From NCBI GenBank assembly GCA_963719515.1, contig CAVRCJ010000007.1, positions 64,001 to 128,000 on the forward strand: a stretch of 64,000 nucleotides of DNA, read 5' to 3'. Under the pieces are notes generated by a model. The model saw nothing but the letters and a program-made list of their open reading frames with translations. It had not been told where the DNA came from and made no database searches. Made by a program: the position numbers and the translations under genes. Source of the stretch: an uncultured cyanobacterium. GTDB taxonomy: Bacteria; Cyanobacteriota; Cyanobacteriia; CAKZMO01. This document shows positions 39,315-49,927 of the stretch, in pieces. The first letter of the stretch is position 1. Every line of letters starts with the position of its first letter.

Positions 39315-40178
39315 GTGGATTTACGTCAGGTATTTAAGACTTCAAACCCAATTGTCGGTGTTGTTCACCTGCAGCCTTTGCCGACGTCACCCCGCTGGGG
39401 CGGAGACCTCAAGGCGGTGATCGCCAGAGCCGAGCAGGAAGCCGCTGCCCTCGCCTCGGGCGGCGTCGACGGCATTATTGTCGAGAATTTCTTCGATGCC
39501 CCCTTTACCAAAGCGCCTGCCGATCCCGCCGTGGTCAGCGCCATGAGCCTCATCGTGCATCGGCTGATGAATTTGGTTACCCTGCCCTTCGGAATCAACG
39601 TGTTGCGCAACGACGCCCGCAGCGCTCTGGCGATCGCAAGCTGTACCGGGGCTCAGTTTATTCGGGTCAACGTGCTCACGAGCGTCATGGCCACTGACCA
39701 AGGCCTAATTGAGGGGGACGCCCACCGGCTGCTGCGCTATCGTCGCGAGCTGGGCAGCGATGTGAAAATTTTGGCCGACGTGCTGGTGAAGCACGCCCGT
39801 CCCTTGGGGGCACCCAACCTGACCACAGCGGTGCAAGAGACCATCGAGCGGGGGCTGGCCGACGGGGTGATTCTATCGGGCTGGTCCACGGGGTCGCCTC
39901 CGAATAAAGAAGATTTAGAGCTGGCGATGGCGGCCTCTAAGGGCGTCCCGGTGTTTATCGGCAGCGGTGCCACCTGGGAGAACATTCCCAACTTGATTCA
40001 GGCCGCTTCCGGCGTGATCGTTTCGTCGTCCCTGAAGCGCAAAGGCCAGATCGCCCAGCCCGTCGACCCCATTCGCGTCAGCCGGTTTGTCGATGCCATG
40101 CGTCTGGGGCTCGCCCAAGCAGCAGCCACACATGAGCCAGGTGCCGTCCCTACCTATTCCGAGCCCTGCCCCGAGTAG
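39315..40178 (+). CDS. btpA: Photosystem I biogenesis protein BtpA
   Basis: GVVHL.PLP, VENFFDAPF, GINVLRND, ADVLVKHA. Confidence 0.93.
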   Translation: MDLRQVFKTSNPIVGVVHLQPLPTSPRWGGDLKAVIARAEQEAAALASGGVDGIIVENFFDAPFTKAPADPAVVSAMSLIVHRLMNLVTLPFGINVLRNDARSALAIASCTGAQFIRVNVLTSVMATDQGLIEGDAHRLLRYRRELGSDVKILADVLVKHARPLGAPNLTTAVQETIERGLADGVILSGWSTGSPPNKEDLELAMAASKGVPVFIGSGATWENIPNLIQAASGVIVSSSLKRKGQIAQPVDPIRVSRFVDAMRLGLAQAAATHEPGAVPTYSEPCPE

Positions 40179-40295
40179 AAACAGAGCGCTGCCCTGTCCT
40201 GCTTTCCCCCGGCGGTCTAATCCTGCAGCCCCACAGCCCAGCGCAGTGATAAAAGCTGATACCCTGAAGGGCGTTGTGACTCTTACCCACAAGCC

Positions 40296-42050
40296 TTGCC
40301 CCAACGCTCCCGCTACCGGCAGCTTTTGCCCTACATTCAACGCCACTGGCGCACCATCGCCCAGGCGCTGCTCTGCACTGCAGTATTCACCATCTTCTGG
40401 CCCTTCTTGGCCTGGATCGCTGGGGAAATGCTGGGGGCGTTAGCGGCGGGTGAAGTGGGGACATTAGCGCGGCTAGCCGGGGTGACCACGCTGCTGTTTT
40501 TGGTGCAAAAGTTAGCCCAGTACGGACAAGACGCGCTCATGGCCCGGGCAGCTCTGCGCATCGCCTTCGACCTGCGGCTCGACACTTACGCTCACCTACA
40601 AACCCTCAGCCTCGGCTACTTCGAGACTGCGAAAACCGGGGATCTCTCCTACCGACTCACAGAAGATATTGACCGGGTGGGTGAAGTAATCAACAAGCTG
40701 TTTCACGACTTTGTGCCCTGTCTGCTGCAGCTGGTGGTGGTCTTTGGCTACATGGTCTACCTCAATTGGCAGCTGACCCTCGCCACCCTGGTGATGGTAC
40801 CGCTGCTGGCGGTGCTGATTGGCTGGTTCGGCGATCGCATGCTGGCCGCCTCCCGCCGCAGCCAAAACCGGGTTTCCGACTTGTCGTCTTTGGTCACTGA
40901 AACGGTGAGCGGCATGCGCATCATCCAGGCCTTTTCCGCCGAAGCCTTTGAGCTAGAGCGGTTTCGCCAAGAGGCTGAGCGCAACCGTCAGGCCCAGTAC
41001 CGCACCGCTTGGCTGCGGGCCGTTCAGTTCCCCGTAGTGGGGTTCCTCTACGCCATCAGCATTTTGCTGCTGCTGCTGCTGGGAGGCTGGCAGATTGCGG
41101 CGGGCAACCTCACCGGGGAAGCCTTTGGCAGCTATGTGGCGGCCGTGCTGCTGCTGATTGACCCCATCGCCCACATTACCGATAACTACAGCCAATTTAA
41201 ACAGGGGGAGGCGTCGGTAGACCGCATCTTTGAGCTGCTGGCTCTGCAGCCCGCCGTGGTGGATTTGCCCCAGGCTAGGCCGCTGCCGCCCGTGGCGGGG
41301 CGGGTGGAATACCGGGCCGTTAGCTTTGCCTACGGGGAGCAGCCGGTGCTGCGGGACTTGACCCTCAAGGTGGCCCCTGGAGAAGCGATCGCCTTGGTCG
41401 GCCCTAGTGGGTCAGGTAAGACGACCCTGGTGAACCTGCTGCCGCGCTTCTACGATCCCCAGGGGGGACAAATTCTGATCGACGGCATCGATATTCGCGA
41501 CGTGGGCCTGCGCAGCCTCAGGCGGCAAATCGGCATCGTTCCCCAAGATACGCTGCTGTTTTCCGGCACCATCGCCCAAAACATCGCCTTTGGGCAGCGC
41601 GATGTTGACCTGGCGCAAATCGAGGCGGCGGCCACCGTCGCCAATGCCCACCGCTTCATCCAGGGATTTTCCCAGGGCTACAGCACCTATGTGGGAGAGC
41701 GGGGCGTCAACCTATCCGGCGGGCAGCGGCAGCGGCTGGCGATCGCCCGAGCGGTGCTGCTCGATCCCCGCATTTTAATTTTGGATGAGGCCACCTCGGC
41801 TCTGGACTCTGAGTCGGAGGCCCTGGTACAGCAGGCCCTAGAGCGGCTGATGCTGGGGCGCACCGTGTTCATCATTGCCCACCGGTTGGGCACGGTGCGG
41901 CGGGCCGACCGAATTATGGTGGTGGAGCAGGGCCGCATCGTGGAAACGGGCACCCATGAGGAACTGTTGGCCAAAGGCGATCGCTACGCCGCGCTGCACG
42001 ACCAGCAGTTTGCGCTGTCCTTCCGCCCCGATATAACCAGGCCGAATTGA
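40296..42050 (+). CDS. ABC exporter, fused permease/ATPase (MsbA-like)
   Basis: TM domain; GPSGSGKT, LSGGQRQR, ILDEATSALD. Confidence 0.93.
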   Translation: MPQRSRYRQLLPYIQRHWRTIAQALLCTAVFTIFWPFLAWIAGEMLGALAAGEVGTLARLAGVTTLLFLVQKLAQYGQDALMARAALRIAFDLRLDTYAHLQTLSLGYFETAKTGDLSYRLTEDIDRVGEVINKLFHDFVPCLLQLVVVFGYMVYLNWQLTLATLVMVPLLAVLIGWFGDRMLAASRRSQNRVSDLSSLVTETVSGMRIIQAFSAEAFELERFRQEAERNRQAQYRTAWLRAVQFPVVGFLYAISILLLLLLGGWQIAAGNLTGEAFGSYVAAVLLLIDPIAHITDNYSQFKQGEASVDRIFELLALQPAVVDLPQARPLPPVAGRVEYRAVSFAYGEQPVLRDLTLKVAPGEAIALVGPSGSGKTTLVNLLPRFYDPQGGQILIDGIDIRDVGLRSLRRQIGIVPQDTLLFSGTIAQNIAFGQRDVDLAQIEAAATVANAHRFIQGFSQGYSTYVGERGVNLSGGQRQRLAIARAVLLDPRILILDEATSALDSESEALVQQALERLMLGRTVFIIAHRLGTVRRADRIMVVEQGRIVETGTHEELLAKGDRYAALHDQQFALSFRPDITRPN

Positions 42051-42084
42051 TTATCATGGAAACGACCTATCTCGGGCTGCTCCG

Positions 42085-42495
42085 ATGAAGTCTTCTTCGA
42101 CTACCTTAAGGCCTCGGCAGCGCGGCAAAGCGATCGTGCTGGCGCTCGCTGGCATCCTGCTCCCAGGGATCCACAAGTTTTACCTGGGCGAATGGCGCTG
42201 GGGCATTGTTTATCTGCTGACTTACTTCACGTCCATTCCCCAGATTGCCAGCGTCATTGAAGGGGTGTGGTATGGCTTGATGAGTGACGAAGTGTTTGAC
42301 CACAACTTCAATCAGCGCTATCTGCTAATGCGTCAGGCTCAGACCCTGCAGACAGTGCAGAACTTTCCGGACCCAAAGCAGGTGCAGTCTGTCGCTGAGG
42401 CGCTGCGTCAGCTTGATCAGCTCCGCCAAGACGGATTAATCTCAGAGTATGAGTTTGAGCAAAAGCGCCGCCAGTGGCTAGACCGTATAGACTGA
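42085..42495 (+). CDS. NINE/TM2-domain protein with C-terminal SHOCT
   Basis: GIHKFYLG; L..L.QDGLISEYEFEQKRR. Confidence 0.88.
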   Translation: MKSSSTTLRPRQRGKAIVLALAGILLPGIHKFYLGEWRWGIVYLLTYFTSIPQIASVIEGVWYGLMSDEVFDHNFNQRYLLMRQAQTLQTVQNFPDPKQVQSVAEALRQLDQLRQDGLISEYEFEQKRRQWLDRID

Positions 42496-42530
42496 TGGCT
42501 GGGTGGAGTTAGGGATTGTAGGGCAACGCT

Positions 42531-43076
42531 GTGGAGCTAAAGCGCTGGATTGGGGGATTAAGGCGATCGCTAGACAGCGAGGCGCGAACCCGCGTGCTGG
42601 AGATTCAGCAAAATCCCTACTGCCGGCTGTGCACCCTGGATGATGTGGCGATCGCCGTGGAGCTGGGTCTATTTATCGACGCTAACCGGGCGGGGGTGGA
42701 CGACTGGCTGCGCCTGCCTCACCTCTCGATTCACCAGGCGCGCCAGCTGGTGGCGCTACGACAGGCAGGCGTGGTGTTCTACTGCCTAGAGGATGTGTCG
42801 AGTGGTTTAGGGGTGTCGACCGCCGTATTGCAGCAGTTTTCTATGCTGATTCAGTTTCGATATTATTCGGTCGACGAAACCAGTATTGGAGGACTGAATC
42901 CAAACTACGCGCCGCTGACGGCTCTCGCGGAGCTTCCCGGCGTTAGTGAGGAGGTTGCCCGCTCCATCGTGATGACCCGCGAGGCGGCGCCGTTTCGCGA
43001 TTTGGTCGACCTGCAGCGTCGTCTTGGTCTGCCTCGGGACGTTGTGAACCAGCTGCTGCATTATCTACGGTTTTAA
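42531..43076 (+). CDS. ComEA-family helix-hairpin-helix protein
   Basis: IDANRA.VDDWLRLP.LS; NPNYA..L..LPGV; PFRDLVDL. Confidence 0.85.
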   Translation: MELKRWIGGLRRSLDSEARTRVLEIQQNPYCRLCTLDDVAIAVELGLFIDANRAGVDDWLRLPHLSIHQARQLVALRQAGVVFYCLEDVSSGLGVSTAVLQQFSMLIQFRYYSVDETSIGGLNPNYAPLTALAELPGVSEEVARSIVMTREAAPFRDLVDLQRRLGLPRDVVNQLLHYLRF

Positions 43077-43261
43077 GCCCTGTCTAAATTGGGAAACTCC
43101 GCTTCCCAAAAAGTTTTCAGTTGATCTGCGGCCTGAGTTTCCAAAAACAGAGTGATGCGTATCGAGTGATGCGTATTGAAGCGTTACATCCCTAGCAAAA
43201 CGCTATTCTATCCTGCTATCGTAGGGGTCTCGTACCTACGCTACAGGTTGAGGTTTTGTTT

Positions 43262-44020
43262 ATGTCCCTATCCACATATATGGTCAGCACAGCGATTGTT
43301 TCAACGTCTGAGTCTTTAGTTAAGGATCCCCTCAACGACGGCAAAAGCCGTATTCAGCTCTTATCTCACATGGGTTCAGACCTAGACGTGGTCAATGACG
43401 CTCGCGCCTCCTTTGAGAGAGTGTCCGACGAGCTGGCCGAAAAAGACATCAAGCTACTGAATTATCTTGCTGCTCATCAACACACGTCTCCCTTTCGTGG
43501 CGTCGTATTCAAATTCAAGGTTAAAGCACCCCTATTTCTGGCCCGCCAGTGGTGGAAGCACACAATTGCCAGCAGCCACAGCGACGAGCAGGTGGGCTGG
43601 AACGAGAAGAGCTTTCGCTACGTTGCGATTGAAGATGGTCAGGAGTTTTACTGCCCCCAGACCTTTCGTCTGCAGGCTAAATCCAACAAGCAGGCCACTG
43701 AGGGTGATCTCGACCCCGCAGCCAACCAGCAGGCGATCGCCACCTACGAGACGCTTTGTCGCCAGAGCTATGAGGCCTACCGACAGCTGCTCGATCTGGG
43801 GGTTGGCCGAGAGCAAGCGCGGGGCGTGCTTGTCCCTGCCGTTTATACCTCCTGGGTTTGGACAGTTTCCCTGCAGGCCCTGCTGCACTTCCTCCAGCTG
43901 CGACTGGGTAAAGGCGCACAGAATGAGATCACCGCCTACGCCCAGGCCATACATGACCTAGTGCTGCCCATCGTGCCCCATTCAATCGCCGCCTGGGAGA
44001 AAAGCCTAGGTTCGAAGTGA
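43262..44020 (+). CDS. thyX: FAD-dependent thymidylate synthase
   Basis: HTSPF, RQWWKH...WNEKSFRY, EQARGVL, LRL..AQ.EI; exact start uncertain. Confidence 0.92.
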   Translation: MSLSTYMVSTAIVSTSESLVKDPLNDGKSRIQLLSHMGSDLDVVNDARASFERVSDELAEKDIKLLNYLAAHQHTSPFRGVVFKFKVKAPLFLARQWWKHTIASSHSDEQVGWNEKSFRYVAIEDGQEFYCPQTFRLQAKSNKQATEGDLDPAANQQAIATYETLCRQSYEAYRQLLDLGVGREQARGVLVPAVYTSWVWTVSLQALLHFLQLRLGKGAQNEITAYAQAIHDLVLPIVPHSIAAWEKSLGSK

Positions 44021-44117
44021 CCTATGACAGCGGATTAAGAAGTAGCCCATTACCGAGGACTGCGCGTTTAGGATGGATTAGCGTAGAAACAGGAAGTCTA
44101 TGCGCTGAGGAAACCCT

Positions 44118-45533
44118 ATGTGGCGTTGCTGGTTGCTTATCCTGCTGTTTTTGGGAACGGGCTGTGTCAAAACAGGCACCGAGCAGTCTACCGAGGCGTC
44201 TTCTGCAACTGACTCGTCAGCTTTGGGAATCGCTTCCTCGGATGAGATCACCACAATTACCGCCGATCGCCTCGGTCCTGCTCGCTTAGGAGCAACCTTT
44301 GGCGAACTCAAGGCTGAGGTGAATCGGGTGTTTGGAAACGCGATCACCTTTGCCTCCGTGCCCAACTTCATGGTGGATTTGGACGCGATCGCCGTCACCC
44401 TGGGAGACGAGACGCTGTTCTACGTGCTGCAGTTTAGCTCAGAGCCCCTCAGCGATGACGATCCGGTCAGGCTGCTGCTGACAACCAACCCCCGCTTCAA
44501 GACCACTGCCGGAGTGGGACCGGGGACACGGCTGCCGCAGGCCGAAGCGGTCTATGGCGAAGCGACGCTAGCCTACAGCGCGGAAAATGAGACGCGAGAA
44601 TCCGTCCAATTCAGCCGTTTTGAGCCCGTCAGCGTTGTCTTTCGCACCAACGGCTTCGCTGACGGAGAGGCGGCTGCGCTGGCTGGGCTGTACGCCGAGC
44701 CGATGGAGGGCTCTTTCTACAAGACGACGCAGTACCGCAGCGATGCTGTCATCCAGGCCGTGATGCTGGACGGTCAGCGGTTAGAGGCCTCTAGGCGATC
44801 TGCCGGAGACGGGGCCACGGACGCGGCAAGTAGCGACGCCGCAGGTGAGGCCGCAAGCGAGCCGCCCTCTGCGAGTGCCTCCGAGGACGCACCAGCCGAT
44901 AACCCAACCCCCAGCGAAAAGGCCGACAGGATCTCTTATGCAGAGGCCGACCGCCAGCTCAACCGCACCTATCGAACGGTGACCAATGCGCTGTCGCCAG
45001 ACGCTCAAGCAGAGCTAGTAGCGGCACAGCGCAGCTGGATTTCGTTTCGAGACGCCGAATGCGCGTTTCAGCCGCTGCTTGGAGTCGATCAAGAGGACTG
45101 CCTCGCTGAGCTGACCGGCGATCGCACGGCTCAGCTCAACCTGCTACTGACGGATGAGGCGCTTATCGTTTCGGACTCGCTCCTCGCAGGACTGGGCACC
45201 GTCGATGTCGTCAGCAGCGGCGGAGAGATCGTCAACTGCGATGATCCCCAAGACACGTCATCCGTCAGCTATTGCACGTTCCTGGCCTACGAGCGGGAGG
45301 ACGCCCGCCTCAATAAGGTGTACCAGGCTATCCAAAGCGGCCCCAGCGATCCCGTAAAAGAGAGTCTGGTGGACGCACAGCTAGCCTGGATTGACTTCCG
45401 CGACGCCCATTGTCTGTCAGAGGTCCAAGAGGCCTACGGGGCAACGGGCTATAACGCCTACTACGCAGCCTGCCAGGCTCGGATCACCCAGCAGCGCACC
45501 AGCAGGCTATCCGGCTATAGCGACCTGCTTTAG
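44118..45533 (+). CDS. Lipoprotein with two LprI/DUF1311-like domains
   Basis: Lipobox-like LGTGC; two copies of D..LN..Y...L..AQ..WI.FRDA.C. Confidence 0.8.
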   Translation: MWRCWLLILLFLGTGCVKTGTEQSTEASSATDSSALGIASSDEITTITADRLGPARLGATFGELKAEVNRVFGNAITFASVPNFMVDLDAIAVTLGDETLFYVLQFSSEPLSDDDPVRLLLTTNPRFKTTAGVGPGTRLPQAEAVYGEATLAYSAENETRESVQFSRFEPVSVVFRTNGFADGEAAALAGLYAEPMEGSFYKTTQYRSDAVIQAVMLDGQRLEASRRSAGDGATDAASSDAAGEAASEPPSASASEDAPADNPTPSEKADRISYAEADRQLNRTYRTVTNALSPDAQAELVAAQRSWISFRDAECAFQPLLGVDQEDCLAELTGDRTAQLNLLLTDEALIVSDSLLAGLGTVDVVSSGGEIVNCDDPQDTSSVSYCTFLAYEREDARLNKVYQAIQSGPSDPVKESLVDAQLAWIDFRDAHCLSEVQEAYGATGYNAYYAACQARITQQRTSRLSGYSDLL

Positions 45534-46391
45534 CACCGCGATCGGTCCGTGGGTCTTGAGAAGGTCGAGCTGAGCGTCATCCTGGACAAACAGCGAGCCC
45601 GCAAAGCCAAGAGAATTGACGGAAATCGACTTGAACGACTCTTGCGATCGCGGCACTACCAGCATCCACCGCCGCGTAAACAGCAGATTATATGCCTCGG
45701 TCTGCTGGGCCCCGCTGACCGTGATGTCAACCGCCTGGAGGAGCCTGCGGTAGGCCGCGAGCAGCTGGGAGGCTGACTCGATAGGGGCCAGGGCCATGGC
45801 GCTATGGAAGAAAGGCAGGGCAGGCAGCCGGTGGGGTGCGCCGAGGCATTCAAACTGCAGCACGGCATCTATTGGAATCTCGTCCGTGGCGGTGGGAATG
45901 AGCTGCAGGTGCTTATGGCGCTGACTCGCCCCCGCTAAAGTGCCGCCGTTGTAGAACGCTAGACCCTCCATCTCAGACAGACAGCGCCAGACGGCGTCAA
46001 AATCTTGTTCATTGAGCCAGGCCTCTTGCGATTCGAACGCTCGCGTCACCATGAGTAGGTGATGATCCACGACATTGTACTTATTGAGCAAGCAGAGGTG
46101 GGTGGATGAGAGATTACCGACGAATAAATCGCTGTCGTAGGGCAAAAATGGGTTGAAGGGCTTTCCGTCTGCCGTGGATTTTGTCTGCTTTTTTTTGGCC
46201 TGCGCCTTGCGCGCTAGGTTGGCCAAGATACGCACGACAAACCGCACCCCTTGATCCTCCACAAACTGAGCCTGCGTTGGAATGGACTGCAGTGCCCCAC
46301 AGTCTAGGGCATGCTCAGTTTGCGCCTTGACGCGGGCCCAGAGCTGCGCTGGCGGGAGAACGGCGTCCGGGTTGAAGATTGAATCAGACAT
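45507..46391 (-). CDS. ATP adenylyltransferase / Ap4A phosphorylase
   Basis: NPFLPY, LLNKY, FYNGG..AGASQRHKHLQ, NSLGFAG. Confidence 0.9.
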   Translation of the reverse strand: MSDSIFNPDAVLPPAQLWARVKAQTEHALDCGALQSIPTQAQFVEDQGVRFVVRILANLARKAQAKKKQTKSTADGKPFNPFLPYDSDLFVGNLSSTHLCLLNKYNVVDHHLLMVTRAFESQEAWLNEQDFDAVWRCLSEMEGLAFYNGGTLAGASQRHKHLQLIPTATDEIPIDAVLQFECLGAPHRLPALPFFHSAMALAPIESASQLLAAYRRLLQAVDITVSGAQQTEAYNLLFTRRWMLVVPRSQESFKSISVNSLGFAGSLFVQDDAQLDLLKTHGPIAVLKQVAIAG

Positions 46392-46424
46392 AGGAGTTAG
46401 CGACTGGGCGGGATATCTTGCGGC

Positions 46425-46667
46425 TTAGAGAATCTCAACCTGCTGAACTTCTAGCACCGGGCCGATCATCGACAGCGTCATCACATCGTTTCGGACCCGG
46501 CCCGTCACCCGCGCCCTGAGTCCATCCTGCTGCAGCTCAGCGGGCTGTCCCTGGTAGATCTCGTAGGTGCGATCGCTCCCCTTAAACGCCCAGGCCCCTG
46601 TCCCCATGCTGGAGTAGACCACCGTCCCCTCAACTGTGATCATCTGCTCATCCGTAGAACTGCTCAT
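46425..46667 (-). CDS. Small conserved hypothetical protein (predicted beta-rich)
   Basis: ITVEGTV...GAW...YE...DVMTLSMIGPVLEV; ATGA-coupled to the S8 protease gene. Confidence 0.75.
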   Translation of the reverse strand: MSSSTDEQMITVEGTVVYSSMGTGAWAFKGSDRTYEIYQGQPAELQQDGLRARVTGRVRNDVMTLSMIGPVLEVQQVEIL

Positions 46668-48460
46668 CGGGCCGCCTCCACCCTTAACGCTAAGTAAGCC
46701 AATACTACACAGAACCCCGCATTCACGAGTAAAAAGAGGCTGGCGATCGCCCCGCCTCCCAGCCATATTAGAGTTGGCGTAAGAAAGGCGCTGACGGCCA
46801 AGCAGCTGGCGACCCCGAGGGTGCTGCCCACGGCAAACCACTTCAGCGTCGGGTGGGAGAGCAGCAGCGCCAGCAGCGCTAGCGGGATGAGGGCGCTGGC
46901 CGTAATCGGGTTCAACGCGCCGCTGCCCCCCACGGCGGTCCCGAGCTCTGGGAGGGAGCTGCCCATCACCCGCATCGGCCACTGGGGCAAGTCAAAGACG
47001 TACAGGCCCCGCAGAAAAAACGCGCCCGCGCTGCCGCCAATTAAGCCGCTGGTAAACCAGCCGCTGCCGAGGAAAGGAGCGGTGAAGGGCAAATAGGTGC
47101 GCAGCACCCAGGCCAGCAGGTAAGACCCCAGCACCATGCCGATTTTCGGCAGCAGGGCCACCACGCCGCCGTCAAACCAAAAGCGCAGGTTAAGGTAGCC
47201 GTTGCGGTTGAGCCAGCCGAAGAAGTCTTTGGGAGAGATTTTGCCGGTTTGGGCCAGCTTGACGGCGGCAGCGGCGTCTAGGTGTCCGGTCCCCAGGTAG
47301 TTCAGCTCGTCGCTGCGGGCGGCCCGAGAGGACTGGAAAAGGGTTTGGGCCACCTCGTCAGGATCGTCGACGCCAGAAGCCACCACCAGCGCCGCCACGC
47401 CGCTGACGTGGGCCGTCGCCATGGAGGTGCCCTGGAGCGGCCTGAGGGCTGAGGTTCCCTCGTTGGGAACAATCGTATCCTGCAAAATGCCGCCGGTTTC
47501 GGCTTCGCCGAGACTGCCGCCGGGTGCAGCGATATTGACTCCCGCGCCGTAGTTAGAGTAGGGGGCTCTAGCTCCCGTGGCGTCTGTGGCCGAGACGGCG
47601 ATCGCATGGGGGTAGCGGGCCGGGTAGGCGGCGGAATTCTCGTCGGAGTTTCCGGCTGCCGCGACGATGACCACCCCCTTGTCGTGGGCGTAGTCAATGG
47701 ACTGCCGCAGCACCGCACTGTCCCCTAAGCCGCCCAGGCTGAGGTTGACCACGTTGGCCCCGTTGTCGGCGGCGTAGCGAATTGCCTCCGCAATGTCGAC
47801 CACGCTGCCGCCCCCCGACGCGCTCAGCACTTTGAGAGGCATTAGGGTAGCGCCGTGGGCGATTCCCGCCACTCCGTAGCCGTTGTCGGTGGACTGGGCA
47901 ATGGTGCCGGCAATGTGGGTGCCGTGGCCGTTGTCGTCTGAGGTGTCGCTGCTGTTGTCGACAAAGTTATAGCCCGTCGCAAACTTGGTTTGTGCCAAGT
48001 CCTTGACGCGGCTGATGCCGGTGTCGATCACCGCCACGGTCACCCCCTCACCCTGAGTTTCATCCCAGGCGGGCTCTATATTGATGCTGCGGAAGTTCCA
48101 CTGCTCTGGGTAGCCGGGGTCGTTGGGGGCCTTGGTCGCTTTGTAAATATAGTTGGGCTCAATGGCTTCGGTGACCGCCTTCAGCTCTGAGCGCCGCAGC
48201 TGCTTGAGGCGCTGGCGCTGCTCGGAGGCTGACCCGAGGGCGTCACCTGAGAGGAGGTAGGTGCGCTCAGCTTCGGAGTAAGGGCTGTTGAGCCGCGCCG
48301 AGGGAACGCCCCAGTCTGCTAACTGCTGCTCAATTTGCGCAGGCGACAGGTCATCGCGAAAATCAAGAATAAGGCCGTCGTATTCAGCTCGTCCCCCGGC
48401 CAGCGTCGTCAGCGCCCAGCCCAACCCCACCAAAAACAGGATTCCCCACTGCCACTTCAT
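46664..48460 (-). CDS. Subtilisin-like S8 serine protease with C-terminal membrane domain
   Basis: VAVIDTG, HGTHIAG, AAAGN, GTSMA. Confidence 0.93.
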   Translation of the reverse strand: MKWQWGILFLVGLGWALTTLAGGRAEYDGLILDFRDDLSPAQIEQQLADWGVPSARLNSPYSEAERTYLLSGDALGSASEQRQRLKQLRRSELKAVTEAIEPNYIYKATKAPNDPGYPEQWNFRSINIEPAWDETQGEGVTVAVIDTGISRVKDLAQTKFATGYNFVDNSSDTSDDNGHGTHIAGTIAQSTDNGYGVAGIAHGATLMPLKVLSASGGGSVVDIAEAIRYAADNGANVVNLSLGGLGDSAVLRQSIDYAHDKGVVIVAAAGNSDENSAAYPARYPHAIAVSATDATGARAPYSNYGAGVNIAAPGGSLGEAETGGILQDTIVPNEGTSALRPLQGTSMATAHVSGVAALVVASGVDDPDEVAQTLFQSSRAARSDELNYLGTGHLDAAAAVKLAQTGKISPKDFFGWLNRNGYLNLRFWFDGGVVALLPKIGMVLGSYLLAWVLRTYLPFTAPFLGSGWFTSGLIGGSAGAFFLRGLYVFDLPQWPMRVMGSSLPELGTAVGGSGALNPITASALIPLALLALLLSHPTLKWFAVGSTLGVASCLAVSAFLTPTLIWLGGGAIASLFLLVNAGFCVVLAYLALRVEAAR

Positions 48461-48582
48461 AGACTTAACCAGGTGTAAAAGTACAAAGGGTAAAGATATG
48501 TCCTACCATAGCTCAGCCGTTTCTTAACTTAAGCCTAGAATAAAGAGGATGACGTAAAACTTTAGCTCCAACGCCTCAGATT

Positions 48583-49002
48583 ATGCTGCACGGATTGATG
48601 TGGTTTCCCCTGCTAGCTATTTTTATTGGCCTTACCTGGGCTGGCTGGAACGAATACCGGAAAGTAGAGGCCTATCGGGTCTGGGCTGAAACCTACGATC
48701 GCGCTAAGTACGACGTGCGGGCAATTTTGGGCCAGCGAGATCACGCGCTGATTTGGGGGCCGCCTACGCGTCAAGGTCTGGTGTCACAACAGTCGGTTTC
48801 TCTCAAAGAGGTTGAGTCCTTTCAAGTGCGGGTGGGCGGCCAGCTGGTCGACGCTGCGCCCTCGGGAAAGTCGGCGGTGCTGGAGGTTTGCCTAATTGAT
48901 GGAACGCTGCGGTCAATTCCGTTCACAAACGCTGAGATGGCTTTGCAGTGGTGTCAGGCGCTTCAGAAAGACCTGCCTCAGCCTCAGCTCAATGCGCCGT
49001 AG
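48583..49002 (+). CDS. Conserved cyanobacterial hypothetical protein
   Basis: GLMWFPLL..F..L.WAGWNEY.K.EAY..WA...AKYD. Confidence 0.8.
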   Translation: MLHGLMWFPLLAIFIGLTWAGWNEYRKVEAYRVWAETYDRAKYDVRAILGQRDHALIWGPPTRQGLVSQQSVSLKEVESFQVRVGGQLVDAAPSGKSAVLEVCLIDGTLRSIPFTNAEMALQWCQALQKDLPQPQLNAP

Positions 49003-49018
49003 CGGATATTGATGCGAG

Positions 49019-49927
49019 ATGGCTAGACTCCGGTCCTCCCCCCTACAGCTTATTAAGCGTCGCCGGCAGCTAAGACGTCGGCGGCGCTGGCGCATTGTGC
49101 GATCGCTGTGGCGGTTTCTGGTGGTCTCGGCCATGACCGTCGGCGTCATCTGGACGATTTCTTTGCCGGGGTGGGTGCTGCGATCGCCTAAGCAGATCGT
49201 CGTGAGCGGCAATGACTTTCTGTCGACGGAGACGGTGCAAACGCTGCTGCCGATTGAATATCCGCGCTCCATTCTGCGGGTCAAGCCTAAGCCGCTGGCC
49301 GTGGCTCTCAAGTCGAAAGGGCCGATTGCTGAGGTCACCGTCAATCGCCAAATCCTGCCCCCTAGCCTCAAGGTTCACATTCGGGAGCAGCGACCCGTTG
49401 CGCTGTTGTTGGGTAAAACAGATCTACAGACGGCGGCGACCGCTGCGTCGCCGTCCAATTCAGTCGGCCTTACCCTACAGCCAACAGGTCTACTGGACGA
49501 AGCGGGAAGGCTGATTCCGATAGAGCGCTACAATACCGTCCGCCGGGACATCAATTTGCCTCAGCTGAAGCTGATTGGCATGGGCCAGAGATACCGCGAT
49601 TTGTGGTCGTCGCTCTATGTTCAAATTAGGCAGAGTCCCGTGGAGATAACTGAAGTTGATCTCCGGAATCCGGCAAATATTACAATTGACAGTAGTCTTG
49701 GCCTAGTGCACATCGGCTCTTACACTCCTGAACGCTTTGCGGAACAGCTCAAAACCCTTGACCGGATGCGAGACCTCCCCGAAACCCTGCCGCTGTCTGA
49801 GGTCGACTATATTGACCTGACAACCTTGGAACCCTTTTTACAGATGACAAATGGGGGAGGACTGGAAGCAGACGAACTAGAGGCTGCAGAGCTCGAGTTG
49901 GAGGGATCTGACCTAGAGACAGAGTAG
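49019..49927 (+). CDS. ftsQ: Cell division protein FtsQ/DivIB
   Basis: Arg-rich N-terminus, TM, POTRA-like domain; upstream of ftsZ. Confidence 0.88.
   Translation: MARLRSSPLQLIKRRRQLRRRRRWRIVRSLWRFLVVSAMTVGVIWTISLPGWVLRSPKQIVVSGNDFLSTETVQTLLPIEYPRSILRVKPKPLAVALKSKGPIAEVTVNRQILPPSLKVHIREQRPVALLLGKTDLQTAATAASPSNSVGLTLQPTGLLDEAGRLIPIERYNTVRRDINLPQLKLIGMGQRYRDLWSSLYVQIRQSPVEITEVDLRNPANITIDSSLGLVHIGSYTPERFAEQLKTLDRMRDLPETLPLSEVDYIDLTTLEPFLQMTNGGGLEADELEAAELELEGSDLETE

Noticed and set aside
46668..46982. N-terminal extension of the 185-aa track ORF
   Set aside because: Overlaps the S8 protease gene; ATG 46667 is the coupled start
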